Source: an uncultured Acidimicrobiia bacterium
GTDB taxonomy: Bacteria; Actinomycetota; Acidimicrobiia; IMCC26256; JAENVU01
DNA length: 64,000 nucleotides
NCBI GenBank assembly: GCA_963765075.1
Contig: CAVXVA010000001.1
Coordinates: forward strand, 769,901 to 833,900
Reading direction: 5' to 3'
Position numbers and translations under genes: made by a program. Shown one piece after another: positions 1 to 11,163 of this stretch (positions are counted from its first letter, which is position 1; the number at the start of each line of letters is the position of its first letter). The notes below the pieces were generated by a model. It worked only from the letters and a program-made list of their open reading frames with translations. It did no database searches and had not been told where the DNA came from.

Positions 1-159
1 GTCGATGAACGCGTCGGGCGTGAACAGCGCCTCCCAGCGGGTCCAGTCCTTGTCGTCGACCGCAAACCCGTAGGAGACGACAAGGTCGCCGATCGCGAGC
101 ATGTCGCCCTGTCGCTCAGCGGACACGACGCTGCCATCGGCCGGTTCGTTCGTTCTCAT
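1..159 (-). CDS. NTF2/SnoaL-like family protein, runs off window start
   Basis: Manual translation MRTNEPADGSVVSAERQGDMLAIGDLVVSYGFAVDDKDWTRWEALFTPDAFID matches the SnoaL_4 N-terminus (Y..A.D..DW....LFT.DA); GGAG RBS upstream. Confidence 0.8.
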   Translation of the reverse strand, partial: MRTNEPADGSVVSAERQGDMLAIGDLVVSYGFAVDDKDWTRWEALFTPDAFID

Positions 160-417
160 GGTGGACTCCATTCGGGCTCGAGCTCGGGCGGGTACGCGCC
201 AATCTTGGTGGGGCGAACGCGGCCGTGCAGGTCATCGATGGAATCGCCGACCAGTCGACCCCGTGATTGACATGTCGCGTCGGCTCAAGACCGGAGCATC
301 GAACCCGACCACCGGGGCGTTCACCCGATGAGCGACCGAACCCACGGCCCCGACCCTTACAATGCGCGGGACACCCGCTCACTCGATCTGACGAGCGGTC
401 TGGTGGAGGGGTACGAC

Positions 418-1132
418 ATGGCAGGAGACACGCCGGCCGGTTGGTATGGGGACCCGATGGGCCGCTACGAGCACCGCTACTGGAACGGCTCGGTATGGAC
501 CGAGAACGTCGCGACGAGCGGTCAACAGGCCGTCGACCCGATCGCATCCGTTCCCACGGCGGCGGATGCGGGTGCGAGCGCCGTCGTCGCGGACTCGTCG
601 CCCACCGCTGAAGGAACGGCACCACCGATCGCGGTCTTCTCCGCGACGGCGCCGAGTGTGATGGCGCCGGTGCCGCCGGTACCGCTGAAGGTGTGCCCGC
701 ACTGCCGCGCGCAGAGCACGACGGCGGGTGCGGTCTGCCCGCACTGTGGGGGGAACTTCGTCAAGAAGAAGAAGTGGCCCTGGGTGCTCGGCGCCATCTT
801 CCTCCTCATGGTGGTCGGATTCGTAGGGTGCGTCGCGGTGGTGGGGACCGTCGCGTCCAAGGCCGTCGACGCGCTCAATGCCGAACAAGCCCGTCACGCG
901 ATCACGCCCCGTCAGTTCGCGTCCGTGCAACTCGGCTCATCCCGCACTGACGTGATTCAAGAGCTCGGAAAGTCGCCGCAAAACGCGCAGGAGTTCGCCC
1001 AGGAGGGAGTGCTCGATGGCAACCCCATCAACTCGTCCTGCATCTACTACAACAAGGTCAACGGGAACTTCGGCGACATCTATCAATTTCTGCTTTCAGA
1101 ACGACGCGCTGGAATCGAAGAGCTCGTATTAG
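418..1132 (+). CDS. DUF2510 + zinc-ribbon membrane protein with BLIP/BamE-like C-terminal domain; frameshift near 1088
   Basis: PAGWYGDPMGRYEHRYWNGSVWT (DUF2510), CPHC..CPHC, TM helix, ITPRQFASVQLGSSRTDVIQELG; removing one T gives YQFCFQNDALESKSSY* ending at 1132. Confidence 0.75.
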
Positions 1133-1258
1133 CTGATCTGGCCCACGGCATTGAACCCGGTCCCCCCACGACTCACCGGCCCGTGGCGAGCGAGAGAAGA
1201 TGCCGCTGATGATTCGTCGGGACATTGGTGTGGTGCTCGTCCTGGTTGGCGCTGCTTG

Positions 1259-2301
1259 CTATGAGCGTGGCGCGATTGGAATCTCGTCGAGGGTCTGAGG
1301 ATCGCTCGGCAACTCGTTGATACGTGCGCCTCGACACACGTTCCCGATTGGGCGGCGGGCTCCACCATCGACAATCCAGACCTGGCGCAGACCATTGAGT
1401 CTCAGCAGCGTGCCGGTCTTGGGGATGCGCGGCGCCCCATCGAACCCATGGGACGGAATCTTGATAGGAGCGTCGGCCGCGACGTCGAGACCGCGAAGCG
1501 CATCGTGATCGCGCACTCGATATACGGCGCCACCGGAGGAGAAGTAGAGCCGACCCGGCCCTCCTTCGAAGGCCCGTTCCTGAAAGAGGAGGCCGTCGGT
1601 GGCGCGAGATCGATCCCTGTGTAGTCCTCGGCCGACACCGGAATGTACGAGGTGAAGCCCATCAGTGCGAACTCCTCCGGGCTCGGGAAACCGACGTGTG
1701 CACCACCACGAATGATCGCGACTTCGGGCAACGCGGTGACACCGATGAGCGCACCTTCGGCGTATGGCGAGAACTTCTGCTCCCAACGTGTTCCCGGCTC
1801 ACATGGGCCCGACGGACTCGTCGTTGCCTTGTCGCCACCACCGTTGTCCCACGGTCTCAGCACCACGAGAAACAGCGCATCGCGCGCAAACCCAACGAGG
1901 GCAGCGATCCATGGCCACCGGCGCCTGTTGCCCATAATCTCCGCAGGTCGCGGCTGAGGCGCCGCGACCGGCGTTGGCCGCGCGGGGGAAATCAGCACGC
2001 GGCCGGGGGCATTCGGCGGTGCGGGGATGTCGGCGGCTCGCATTCCAAGGGGCGGAGGTAGACCGACCGTGGGAGTGGTCGGCGGCGCCAGCCCGACGGG
2101 AGCGGGGCTTCGAATCGGCATTGGCGCACCGCACTCGCGGCAGAACTGGAGCCCGGCCGCAACTGAGTGTCCGTTTGCACAGGTGACCGCGACGCCGCCG
2201 ACAGTCGGCTCACTGCGATCGAAGACGGGCTCGCCACATGTTCGGCAGAAACGTTCGGCATCTCCGACCGGGTGGCCGTTCCCGCATACGGTCGAGGTCA
2301 C
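1259..2301 (-). CDS. Double zinc-ribbon membrane protein; frameshift near 1600
   Basis: Two C.NGH...FC..CG ribbons, Pro-rich linker and TM; C-terminus continues in the ORF 1259..1786 frame (LFQERAFEGG...EIPIAPRS). Confidence 0.65.
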
Positions 2302-2306
2302 GCGTC

Positions 2307-3416
2307 CTACTTCTTCCGGATGATCTCGGCCTTGAGGACCTTGAACTTGGGCGCGGTGGTGTTGCCGCCGATCTGCGTGTCGTAGCTGTACGAACCCTCG
2401 GAGCGGACCCAGACCCTCACGACGTCGTTCTGGTCCACCCCGGCGAGCACCGGACAGTTCGAAGCTCCATCACCGGAGGAGAAGATCGCATTGTCGCCCG
2501 CGTATTCGAAGGTGTATTCATGCTCCCGGGTGTCCCAGTAGCCCCGGAACGAGCAGGCACCCGTCGCCGCGTCGTACTGCGTGATCTCGGTGACCATGAT
2601 GAACACCTGGCCGTTGAACGCGTCGGGGTCTTTGACGATCGCGTCGACGTTGACCGGTTGTGCGCCAGCCAGTTCGGCATCGTTCTGGGCCTGGGCACAA
2701 GTCCCGATCTGGATCGCCAAGGCACCCGCGTCGGTCAGGCCGTTCCAACGGACCTCGTTACCGGCGATTGCCCGGTTGGCCGCATCTTGGGCGGCGATCG
2801 ATCCGCTCGCGACCTGAGGGCACAGTTCGCCGACCTTGGCTTGGATCTCCTGCAAGAGCAGCGCCGGGGGAATCGTTGTGGTGGTCGTGGTCGACGACGA
2901 AGTCGAGGTCGACGTCGAACCCGCCGTCTTGGACCGGAATACCCGTGGACTCGCCTTCTCGTCGTTGGCATTCCCAATCGCGGCCACCGCGGCCGCGAGT
3001 CCGACAACGACGGCGACCGCCGCCAGCCCAACCACGACCGGGCGTCGATACCAGACACGCGGAGAACGACTCGGCGTGCCCGTGCCCGTGTCCGCGACAA
3101 CTGCAGCTGGTGGCGCCTGCATTGTCACTTCGGGCGGCGGCGGAGCGGCGGCGTGCGGGTCACGGCTGACCGCACCCCCGTCCGAAACATGCTCGGACCA
3201 CCCGCTCGGCGTCAGGTACCGGTACTCGTGACGACCGGTGGGATCCGGCAGCCAACGGCCGCCGCCAGTCTGCTCGGCAGCGGCAACACCCGCCAACGGC
3301 GCGGCCGCCTCGGCGGTGTCGCTCGATTTCACCGCCCCAAGGGTCAATGCTTCACCGCACTGCCCGCAGAACCGGCTTCCCACCGGATTCTCGTGACCGT
3401 TCTTGCACGAAGTCAT
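2307..3416 (-). CDS. Zinc-ribbon + DUF2510 membrane protein with OB-fold-like extracellular domain
   Basis: CKNGHENPVGSRFCGQCG, WLPDPTGRHEYRY, TM, Ser/Thr linker, DVVRVWVRSEGSYSYDTQIGGNTTAPKF. Confidence 0.8.
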   Translation of the reverse strand: MTSCKNGHENPVGSRFCGQCGEALTLGAVKSSDTAEAAAPLAGVAAAEQTGGGRWLPDPTGRHEYRYLTPSGWSEHVSDGGAVSRDPHAAAPPPPEVTMQAPPAAVVADTGTGTPSRSPRVWYRRPVVVGLAAVAVVVGLAAAVAAIGNANDEKASPRVFRSKTAGSTSTSTSSSTTTTTTIPPALLLQEIQAKVGELCPQVASGSIAAQDAANRAIAGNEVRWNGLTDAGALAIQIGTCAQAQNDAELAGAQPVNVDAIVKDPDAFNGQVFIMVTEITQYDAATGACSFRGYWDTREHEYTFEYAGDNAIFSSGDGASNCPVLAGVDQNDVVRVWVRSEGSYSYDTQIGGNTTAPKFKVLKAEIIRKK

Positions 3417-3588
3417 CGACTGCCTGCCCCAGGATCAAACAACGAGACCAACTGGCCCATCGACCGAAAAACTACGCGCCCGTTGGGCGGTTGCGTAGAG
3501 CCGATCGGCCCTAGTCGCGCGCACCTTGACTTGCGGAAGTTCCAATACAGGATTTCGGGCAATGAACTTGAGGGCGATGAAGCGACCT

Positions 3589-3798
3589 TTACATTCCGGA
3601 GTCTGCGGCGCCGGCGACGATCCCCTGTTCGACGGCCCATCGGGCCACACCGACCCGGTTCGACACGCCGAGCTTCGTGTAGATGTGCTGGATGTGGTGA
3701 TCGGCGGTCTTCGCCGAGATGAACAGGCGGCGAGCGATCTCGCTGGTCGTGAGCCCTTCGGCGACGACGCTCACCACCTCAAGCCCACGTCGGGTCAA
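3589..3798 (-). pseudogene. C-terminal LuxR HTH fragment
   Basis: VAEGLTTSEIARRLFISAKTADHHIQHIYTKLGVSNR with no intact N-terminal domain. Confidence 0.65.
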
Positions 3799-4087
3799 GC
3801 TTCCGACGGTTTGGCTACGCGGCGTTGTTCGAACTGGACGTGCACGCGTCGAGCTGGTCCCGGGCGTACGAGCCGGCGGCGTTGAGGTCGAGCGAGCCGC
3901 CGCGCACCCGGCATTCGACCTGCGCGTCTGCTCTCAGCCGTGCGTCGAGCCGGACGGCAAGTTCGGCAAGTGCCGGCACATGCTGCACGCCTGCCTCCTC
4001 GACGCGTGATCGCCGCGCACAACATCCCCGCGGGGACATAGGCCCCGACCTGCTCGAGCACCTCGGGCACGGAGGCGACGGTGATGA

Positions 4088-4536
4088 TCAGCTGGGCCAC
4101 GTCGCGTGAAGCTCGTTCCGCGGTGTCCGAGGCCCGACGTCATGTCGGCGAAGCCCTGTCGGAGCCGGGCACCGAGCATCCGGTCGACCAGCGGTGCCAA
4201 CCGACCCTCGAGGACGAACTCGGAGTCGTAGCGGGTCGTACCCGCTCCGAGCGCCGTGAGCACGTGTCGCCGAGAGCTCCGCAGCAGACCCATCGGGAGG
4301 TCGATGCCGTACTCGATCAGCCGGCCGTGCTCGTTCACCCGGACCGTCTCGCGTTGGCGGATCGTGAGCCGCGGGAGCAGCCGCACCTTCATGACGATCG
4401 GTGTTCCGACCTCCCACGTGGTCCGGCACGCGATCGTGAAGGTGTTCCACTCGGGGTACGCGTCGACGTCGGTCACGACGCGCCAGACGACCTCCGCCGG
4501 TACGTCGATCGTCAGTGTCGAGCTGGTCTGCATCAT
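4088..4536 (-). CDS. SRPBCC (START-like) family protein; 3' end uncertain
   Basis: IDVPAEVVWRVVTDVDAYPEWN motif. Confidence 0.75.
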
Positions 4537-4561
4537 CGTCTCTTACCCATGCGGTTGCCGG

Positions 4562-5188
4562 TCAGGCTTCGGGCGCGAGGTTGGCGAAGGCGTCGATCCG
4601 GTCCCGGTCGTTGTCGATCGGGCTCGCCTCAGGTCGCCGATTGCCCTTGACGATGTAGTCGTCGGCGAACTCCGGGTGGACCTCGCCCGTGTCGTCCAGC
4701 ATCCAGACCGGCGCCATCCGGCGCGGCACGGTCACCACGCCGGGATCGTCGTAGGTGCCGAACAGGCGGTCCCACACCGGCGAGGTGACGCCGAAGTTCC
4801 GCATCGGCGCACCGAAGTGGTGATGCAGGTGATTGCGTCGCGCCCACCGCCCGTACCGGCCCCGAGGTGGATGCGTATGCGTCCGCCGGTGCGCGATCTC
4901 GTAGCCGAAGTACGTGGAGATCATCCCGGCCGTGTACGCGGTCGCCCGTCGACGACCCACCACCGCAACCGCGATCGGGTACGTCACGGCCGTCGTCACC
5001 GCCGCCGAGGCGAGCTTCTTCGAGGCGGGCGAGAAGTAGGTGACGTCGGCGTGGTGGGAGAGGTGCTCGACCGACGCCAACCCCTTCCCCCGCATCTCGT
5101 GCATCGCGCCACGGTGCAGTCCGTATTCGACCGCGGTCCACGACGCCGCGCCGGCAATGGCTGCGGCGAGGCCCGAACGGAGTGTCAT
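4562..5188 (-). CDS. Sterol desaturase / fatty acid hydroxylase family
   Basis: His boxes EYGLHRGAMH, HLSHH, YEIAHRRTH, HLHHH and NFGVTSPVWDRLFGT. Confidence 0.9.
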   Translation of the reverse strand: MTLRSGLAAAIAGAASWTAVEYGLHRGAMHEMRGKGLASVEHLSHHADVTYFSPASKKLASAAVTTAVTYPIAVAVVGRRRATAYTAGMISTYFGYEIAHRRTHTHPPRGRYGRWARRNHLHHHFGAPMRNFGVTSPVWDRLFGTYDDPGVVTVPRRMAPVWMLDDTGEVHPEFADDYIVKGNRRPEASPIDNDRDRIDAFANLAPEA

Positions 5189-5306
5189 CTCCCCAGGATC
5201 GCGCACGGGACGGCCCCGTGTCACCGTCGAAGTGACCTTCGCCCCTGGCTGCGCGCACCCGCCGGTGGGTACGGTCACGGTCGGCCGTCGGCGAAAGAGA
5301 GTCCCT

Positions 5307-6980
5307 ATGCGATCGGCTCGCGTACTCCTCACCCTCGGCGCGCTCGCACTGCTCACGGGATGCTGGACGGTCCCGGGCGCCGGCCCGCAGCGCTCGGGTC
5401 ACAACCCCGCCGAGCAGGAACTCACCATCACGAACGTCGCGAGCCTGGAGCCGGACTGGACCTGGCAGGCGGAGTGGCCGACCTTCCGCGCGGTGCAGGA
5501 CCCGATCGTCACCACCGCCGGGGTGCACGTGAGCGTGGGCCACAAACTTGTGACGCTCGACCCGGTCACCGGCGCCGAGCACTGGCGCGCGGTGCTCTAC
5601 GACGCGGGCACGGCCGCCCAGATCCCCATCGCTGCGTCCAAGCCCGCATTCGATCGCGGGCAGGTGCTCGTCTCGGTCGGCGTGTACCGCAACTTCGTAC
5701 CCGGGACCGGCACGCGCAGCTACGACGCGATCACGGGGGCGAACCTTGGCGACGTCGCGCGGAGTGCCATCGAAGTTCCGGTGCCGAGAGGCGGAGACGT
5801 CGTCGGCACCTATGGCGACATCATCGGCACGGGGCTCGGCGTGGTCGGCTACTTCGTCACCGACCGCGACGACCCGTCGAAGAGTTGGACCGCGGTGCTC
5901 ACCGTCTACGGCTCGGGCGGGGCCAGTGCGATCGCCGGACCCGCGGTGGCGGGTGATCGGTTCTTCTTCGCCTACGGCACCACGCTGTACGCGTACCCAC
6001 TCGACCAACCGTCGGGGTGCGGACCGCTGACGCCCGGCTCGTCGTTCGTGGTGTGTCCGCCGCTCTGGAGTGAGACCTTCGGTGACGGGCTGACGCCGCC
6101 CGTCCTGAGCGGCGACGGATCGGTCCTGGTCGTCGCCGACGCCGGACGCGTCGTCGCGCTGGACCCCACGACTGGCGCGCGCCTCTGGACCGGTGACCTC
6201 CCGAACACCGACGCGCCGGGCGCGCGCCCGTCGATCGACGACGACCACGTCTTCGTGACGAGCGGCGGAACCCTCAGCGCGTTCGCGCGTGACGGCTGCA
6301 GTGGATTCGACACGTGCACTCCGCGCTGGACCGCCGACACCGGTGGCGCGGTGGCGACCCAGCCGGCCGTGGCGGGCGGGGTCGTGTACACCGCGACGAC
6401 GAGCGGGCAGCTTCGAGCCTTCCCGGCCTCGGGGTGTGGCGGTGCGAGCTGCACACCGCGATGGCAGCACGATCTCGGCGTCGAGATCACCGGTGCGCCC
6501 ACAGTCTCCAACGGGAGACTGTTCGTCGGGACGGTCGACGGTCGGCTGATCTCGTTCCGGCCGTCGGGCGCCGGCATCGTTCGCGGCCCGATGTCGGGAC
6601 GCGGTACGTCGACGGTAGACAGTTCCGGTGGACGCCCCATCCTTCGATCCAGTTCGAACGGCACGTTCGACGCCCCGACCCTCGGCGTCGGGACCTACAC
6701 CTTCACCACGGCGGACACCGGGACCCAGCGCTACCTCGCGCTCGACCTCGTGACCGGCGAGGGTTCACTCCGGGCGACGGCCGGACCGTTCGTCTCCGGC
6801 ATCTCGGGGGTCGACCTCACCGTGAACAACGGCACCGGCGCGTTCGCGGGGAGTTCGGGCACACTCACCCTCGAGGGTTACACCCGCACGGAGCTGAACT
6901 GTCGCCCGACCAACCCACCCAACCTGTTCTGCGACTGGAACGAGACCGCGACCCTGACGGGATCCATTCAGCCGGCATGA
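5307..6980 (+). CDS. PQQ-like beta-propeller lipoprotein
   Basis: Lipobox LLTGC; GPQRSGHNPAE; repeated ALDP.TG..LW and PAVAGG.VY blades. Confidence 0.85.
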   Translation: MRSARVLLTLGALALLTGCWTVPGAGPQRSGHNPAEQELTITNVASLEPDWTWQAEWPTFRAVQDPIVTTAGVHVSVGHKLVTLDPVTGAEHWRAVLYDAGTAAQIPIAASKPAFDRGQVLVSVGVYRNFVPGTGTRSYDAITGANLGDVARSAIEVPVPRGGDVVGTYGDIIGTGLGVVGYFVTDRDDPSKSWTAVLTVYGSGGASAIAGPAVAGDRFFFAYGTTLYAYPLDQPSGCGPLTPGSSFVVCPPLWSETFGDGLTPPVLSGDGSVLVVADAGRVVALDPTTGARLWTGDLPNTDAPGARPSIDDDHVFVTSGGTLSAFARDGCSGFDTCTPRWTADTGGAVATQPAVAGGVVYTATTSGQLRAFPASGCGGASCTPRWQHDLGVEITGAPTVSNGRLFVGTVDGRLISFRPSGAGIVRGPMSGRGTSTVDSSGGRPILRSSSNGTFDAPTLGVGTYTFTTADTGTQRYLALDLVTGEGSLRATAGPFVSGISGVDLTVNNGTGAFAGSSGTLTLEGYTRTELNCRPTNPPNLFCDWNETATLTGSIQPA

Positions 6981-7017
6981 GCGGCCGCGTGCGGGTCGCC
7001 GGCCGTCACGGCCCCAC

Positions 7018-7767
7018 TTATTCCGGCGGTGTCGGCTCGTGGTCGCCCGAACGAACGACCGTCGGCATGGGAATCAATCCTTCGGCAATGCCCAACATGA
7101 CGGCCTGCAGCTTCGTGTGCACACCCAACTTGATGAAGACGTGCTTCAGGTACCCCAGCACGGTGTGTTCACTGAGGAAGAGCGCTTCGGCGATCTGGCG
7201 ATTCGAGAGTCCGGCCGACGCGAGTCGCAACACTTCAGTCTCACGAGACGTCATCTCCATGTGCGGTGTCCGCCGGTCGGTCGGCCCGACGCATGGCGCC
7301 AACCCGGGATCACCGATCGTCCGGCGCCGATCCTCGAGCGTCACACCGCCATCGGCCACGGCCCGAATCATCGCGAGCAGTTCATCGACGGCCTGCCACT
7401 TGTGGACGAACCCGGCCGCGCCGACGTCGAGCGCAGTGAGGGCGTTCGCCGCAGTCGAGTGCGTCACGATCACCACCGCGACATCGGGACAGAGCGCTCT
7501 CAGGCCGTGAGTCGTGGCAAGGCCGTCGATCCCCGGGAGATCGAGCGCGACCAGTGCCACCGTCGGCGGATCGGTTGCCGCGATCTGAGGGCCTCTTCGC
7601 CGGAACACGCGCTCCGACGAGTGCCAAACCGGGCTCGGCGGCGAGGAACCGCCCGAGCACGTCGGTGAAGAGAACCTCGTGGTCGACGAGGAGGAGGCGG
7701 ATCGGCCGCGGACCGAGTGACGCTGACGCGGGGTCGCTCTGAATCGGTGACGGCTCGGCAATTCCAT
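7018..7767 (-). CDS. NarL/LuxR-family response regulator; frameshift near 7590
   Basis: IRLLLVDHEVLFTDVL in one frame, then DLPGIDGLA...MTSRETEVLRLASAGLSNRQIAEALFLSEHTV. Confidence 0.8.
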   Translation of the reverse strand: MELPSRHRFRATPRQRHSVRGRSASSSSTTRFSSPTCSGGSSPPSPVWHSSERVFRRRGPQIAATDPPTVALVALDLPGIDGLATTHGLRALCPDVAVVIVTHSTAANALTALDVGAAGFVHKWQAVDELLAMIRAVADGGVTLEDRRRTIGDPGLAPCVGPTDRRTPHMEMTSRETEVLRLASAGLSNRQIAEALFLSEHTVLGYLKHVFIKLGVHTKLQAVMLGIAEGLIPMPTVVRSGDHEPTPPE

Positions 7768-7917
7768 GCCGTCGTTCTGCCTCGACCATCGCTGCCTCCC
7801 TGCATAGGCACCTCTGGAAAATCGCGTTCGTGATGACGACCGCGATCGGTTGTGACTTCACGGGTGACGCTACACACGCGTGCGCCGACCGTCGACTCTC
7901 GTGCGAGTGAACTGCGT

Positions 7918-7950
7918 CACCCCCGTTCGAGAACCCCTCGAACGGGGGTG
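7918..7950. promoter_or_regulatory. 14-bp perfect inverted repeat in divergent promoter region (candidate operator)
   Basis: CACCCCCGTTCGAG-AACCC-CTCGAACGGGGGTG between the regulator and the PKD gene. Confidence 0.45.
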
Positions 7951-8063
7951 GCCGTTCGGCTCTATTTCCCGCAAGATCGTCGGCATAGACCTTCCGGTGG
8001 CAGGACCGTCGAAGGGAGTCAGTCCTCACCGGGATCGATGCGCAAGATCTGAAAGGGCGGAAC

Positions 8064-10825
8064 ATGAAGGAATCTTCAGTAATGCGGCACGTGGCCGGAC
8101 GACCGGTCCGGGGATGGAGTGCGTTCCTTACCGTGATCGCAATGATCCTCGCGTTGGTGGGGCCGTCGCCGGTCTCGGCCAATGTCATCGCGACCACCGG
8201 GCAACTGATCAAGATCAGTCCACCTGCCGACGTTCTCCAGTCCGGCTTCTGCTCGCCCGACAAGGTGTTCACCTTCGACGAGCAGCAGGGCGTCACACTC
8301 GGTGCTGATGTTCGGGTCGACTACAAGACGCCCGGCTCGTACACGGCCTACGCCGGGAATCCGATCCCTACGTGCCGAGCGGCACCATCGTGGACAGCCA
8401 CTTCCTCGACAGCAACCTTGCCAGTTGCGGAGGAAACCCGAACCGCGAGGGCACCTGGACGTTCTCGCAGGACATCCTCGGCGTCATCGTGGCCCGTCCC
8501 CGCCTCGTCGGGAGCGACTATCTCGGTTCGCCGACGACGGTGTACCCGGGCAGTGTTCCGTCGCGCGAGTTCGACTTCGGGAGCGGAACGTCGGCCGACT
8601 TCGTGCAAATCATCGACGCGCGCACGATCACGTGAAGCTGCAGACTCCGTATAGCAACGCGGATCAGATGCGCGTGCTCACGAAGCACAACGTGGCCCCG
8701 GTCCCGAATGCCGGAGGACCGTACGTCGGCACCGAGGGATCGCCGGTCGCGCTCGAGCGGCACGGCCACCGATGCTGATGCCGACGCCATCACCAAGTCG
8801 TGGACCTTCGCGTGGCCGGGGAGCCCGGGAGTGTCGTGCACCACGACCGGGACGACCACCCTGACTCCGACGATCACGTGCAACGACGACGCACTGGTCA
8901 CGGCCACGCTGTCGGCGAGCGACGGCTACCACCCCGCCGTGACCTCGATCGCGAACGTCACGATCGAGAATCGCAATCCCACGATCAGCTCGGTCACGGT
9001 CCCGACCGCGCCCGTCGCACTGGGCGCATCGGTGAACCTCAGCTCGATCTTTGCCGACGCGGGTTCCCACGACACGCACACCGCGTCGGTCGCGTGGGGT
9101 GACACGACGATCTCGGCCGGCATCGTCAACGAGTCCGGTCACTCGGTCACCGCTTCGCACATCTTCGCCACGCCGGGCGTGTACTCGTTGACCCTCACGG
9201 TCAACGACGACAACGGCGGCACGGTGTCGGTCGGCACTGCGGACGTCACCGTGGTCGGTCCGCCGACGGCGAGTGCGGGCGGTCCGTACAACGTTGACGA
9301 AGGTACGGGGATCTCGCTCGTCGGTTCGGCGAGCGGAAGCCTGCCGCTCACCAAGAGTTGGCTGTTCACGCCCGGGCCTTCCGATGTCGGGACCACATGT
9401 CTCGACTCGGGCAGCACCACGTTGACACCGACCATTTCGTGCAACGACGACGTGGTGGTCGGTGCAACCTTGACCGTGATCGACGGGGTCAACGCGCCCG
9501 TCGTGTCGTCCTCGAGCATCGCGGTGACCAACGTCGCTCCCGTGCTCGGGGCACTCACTGCGACGGCCGGTCCGATCATCGTCGGCCAGCCCGTGACGGT
9601 TGGTGGATCGTTCACCGATGCCGGAGTGAACGACACGCACGGCTCCACCGCCGACTGGGGCGACTTGACCACATCAGCGGGGCTCGTCTCGGAGAGCGGC
9701 GGATCCGGTTCGGTGTCGGCGACCCATTCGTACTCGACGCCGGGCGTCTACACGGTGGCCGTCGACGTCAACGACGGCGACGGTGGCATCGCCACGCGGA
9801 CCATCACCGTCCACGTCAACACGCCGCCGACGGCGAACGCCGGTGGGCCCTATGTCGGGCCGGAAGGCTCGACCCTCAGCCTCACGGGCACCGCGGCGGA
9901 TGACGACTCGGACGCGCTGACCAAGTCGTGGTCCTTCGCGCAGGTGGCTGATGCCGGTACCACCTGCACTCCCACCGGAACCGCGACGCTGACCCCGACC
10001 ATCACCTGCGACGACAACGCAGTCGTACTGGCGACCCTCTCGGTCTCCGACGGCGTCAACCCGCCGGTGGCGAGTGTCGCCACGGTCACGTTCGGCAACG
10101 TTGCACCCGCAGTAGGTGCCTTGACCGTCGCTCCGTCGATCCAAGTGGTGGGCACGAGCGTGTCGGCGTCGGCGAGCTTCAGCGACGTCGGCACCCACGA
10201 CACCCACACGGCGACGATCGACTGGGGCGACGGATCATCCTCCGCCACGGTGACCGAGTCGGCCGGTGCCGGGAGTGCGACAGGATCTCACGTTTACGCC
10301 GACGCCGGGATCTACACCGTCACTAAGACGGTCACCGACGACAACAGCGGTGCCACGACGGTGTCCAATAGCGTCGTCGTCTACGACCCGACCGCACCCT
10401 CGGTCACGGCGAATGGCAACTTCACCTCGCCGTCGGGTGCGTTCACGCCGGATAACTCGGGCGACCCCAACGTGGTCGGTACCGCGGACATCGACTTCCT
10501 GGCGAGGTACCAGCACGGCGACACCGTGCCCACCGGTCACGGTGCGTTCCGGTTCAATGCAGCTGGGCTCACGCTCGACTCGACCGGCTACTTCTGGCTG
10601 ATCGTGACTCCGGAGGGGAACGAAACCTTCTTCCGGGGCACTGGCAACGTCAACGGCGGGTCCGGCTACGAGTTCCTCGTGTCGGGTATCGACGGCAGCC
10701 CGGACCTCGTACGCATCAAGGTCTGGCAGACCTCGACGGGTGACGTCGTCTACGACAGCCAGCCCGGTGCAGCGGACGACGCGGATCCCGTGTTGCCGCT
10801 TACCGGTTCCTTGAACATCCACTAA
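8064..10825 (+). CDS. Secreted multi-PKD/Ig-like repeat protein; about three frameshifts in the 5' part
   Basis: Signal peptide; repeated PTANAGGPY.G.EG and DTHTATIDWGDG...H.Y..PG.YTV units; pieces 8064..8654, 8372..8635 and 8708..10825 join. Confidence 0.85.
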
Positions 10826-10856
10826 TCCCTAACCGGCGTGCAGGCGCCGCAATGTT

Positions 10857-10910
10857 GCGAGTCCCGGTCCTCAGCCCGAGCCCCCAGCCCGGCCAAGGAC
10901 CGGGACTCGC
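10857..10910. terminator. 15-bp stem hairpin with C-rich loop between convergent genes
   Basis: GCGAGTCCCGGTCCT...AGGACCGGGACTCGC. Confidence 0.55.
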
Positions 10911-11163
10911 TGTGCCGGTGATCATCACCGCGCGCGATCGTCGCGACGCTCCCGCGTCCGCACGTTCCCCATCAGTGCCAGGAGCACTCCGGCTCCGACC
11001 AAGGCCGCGCCGATGGCGAGGCTCGCGGCATCGAGTTGAGGGATCATCCCCTTGGGCCTGTCATCGGTCCGAGGATTGGTCACCGGACCATTCTCGTCGA
11101 CGTCACGGACGGGACCTACTTGCGGTGCGAACCTCGGTGCATCGGCGAAGCGCGACCGGCCTC

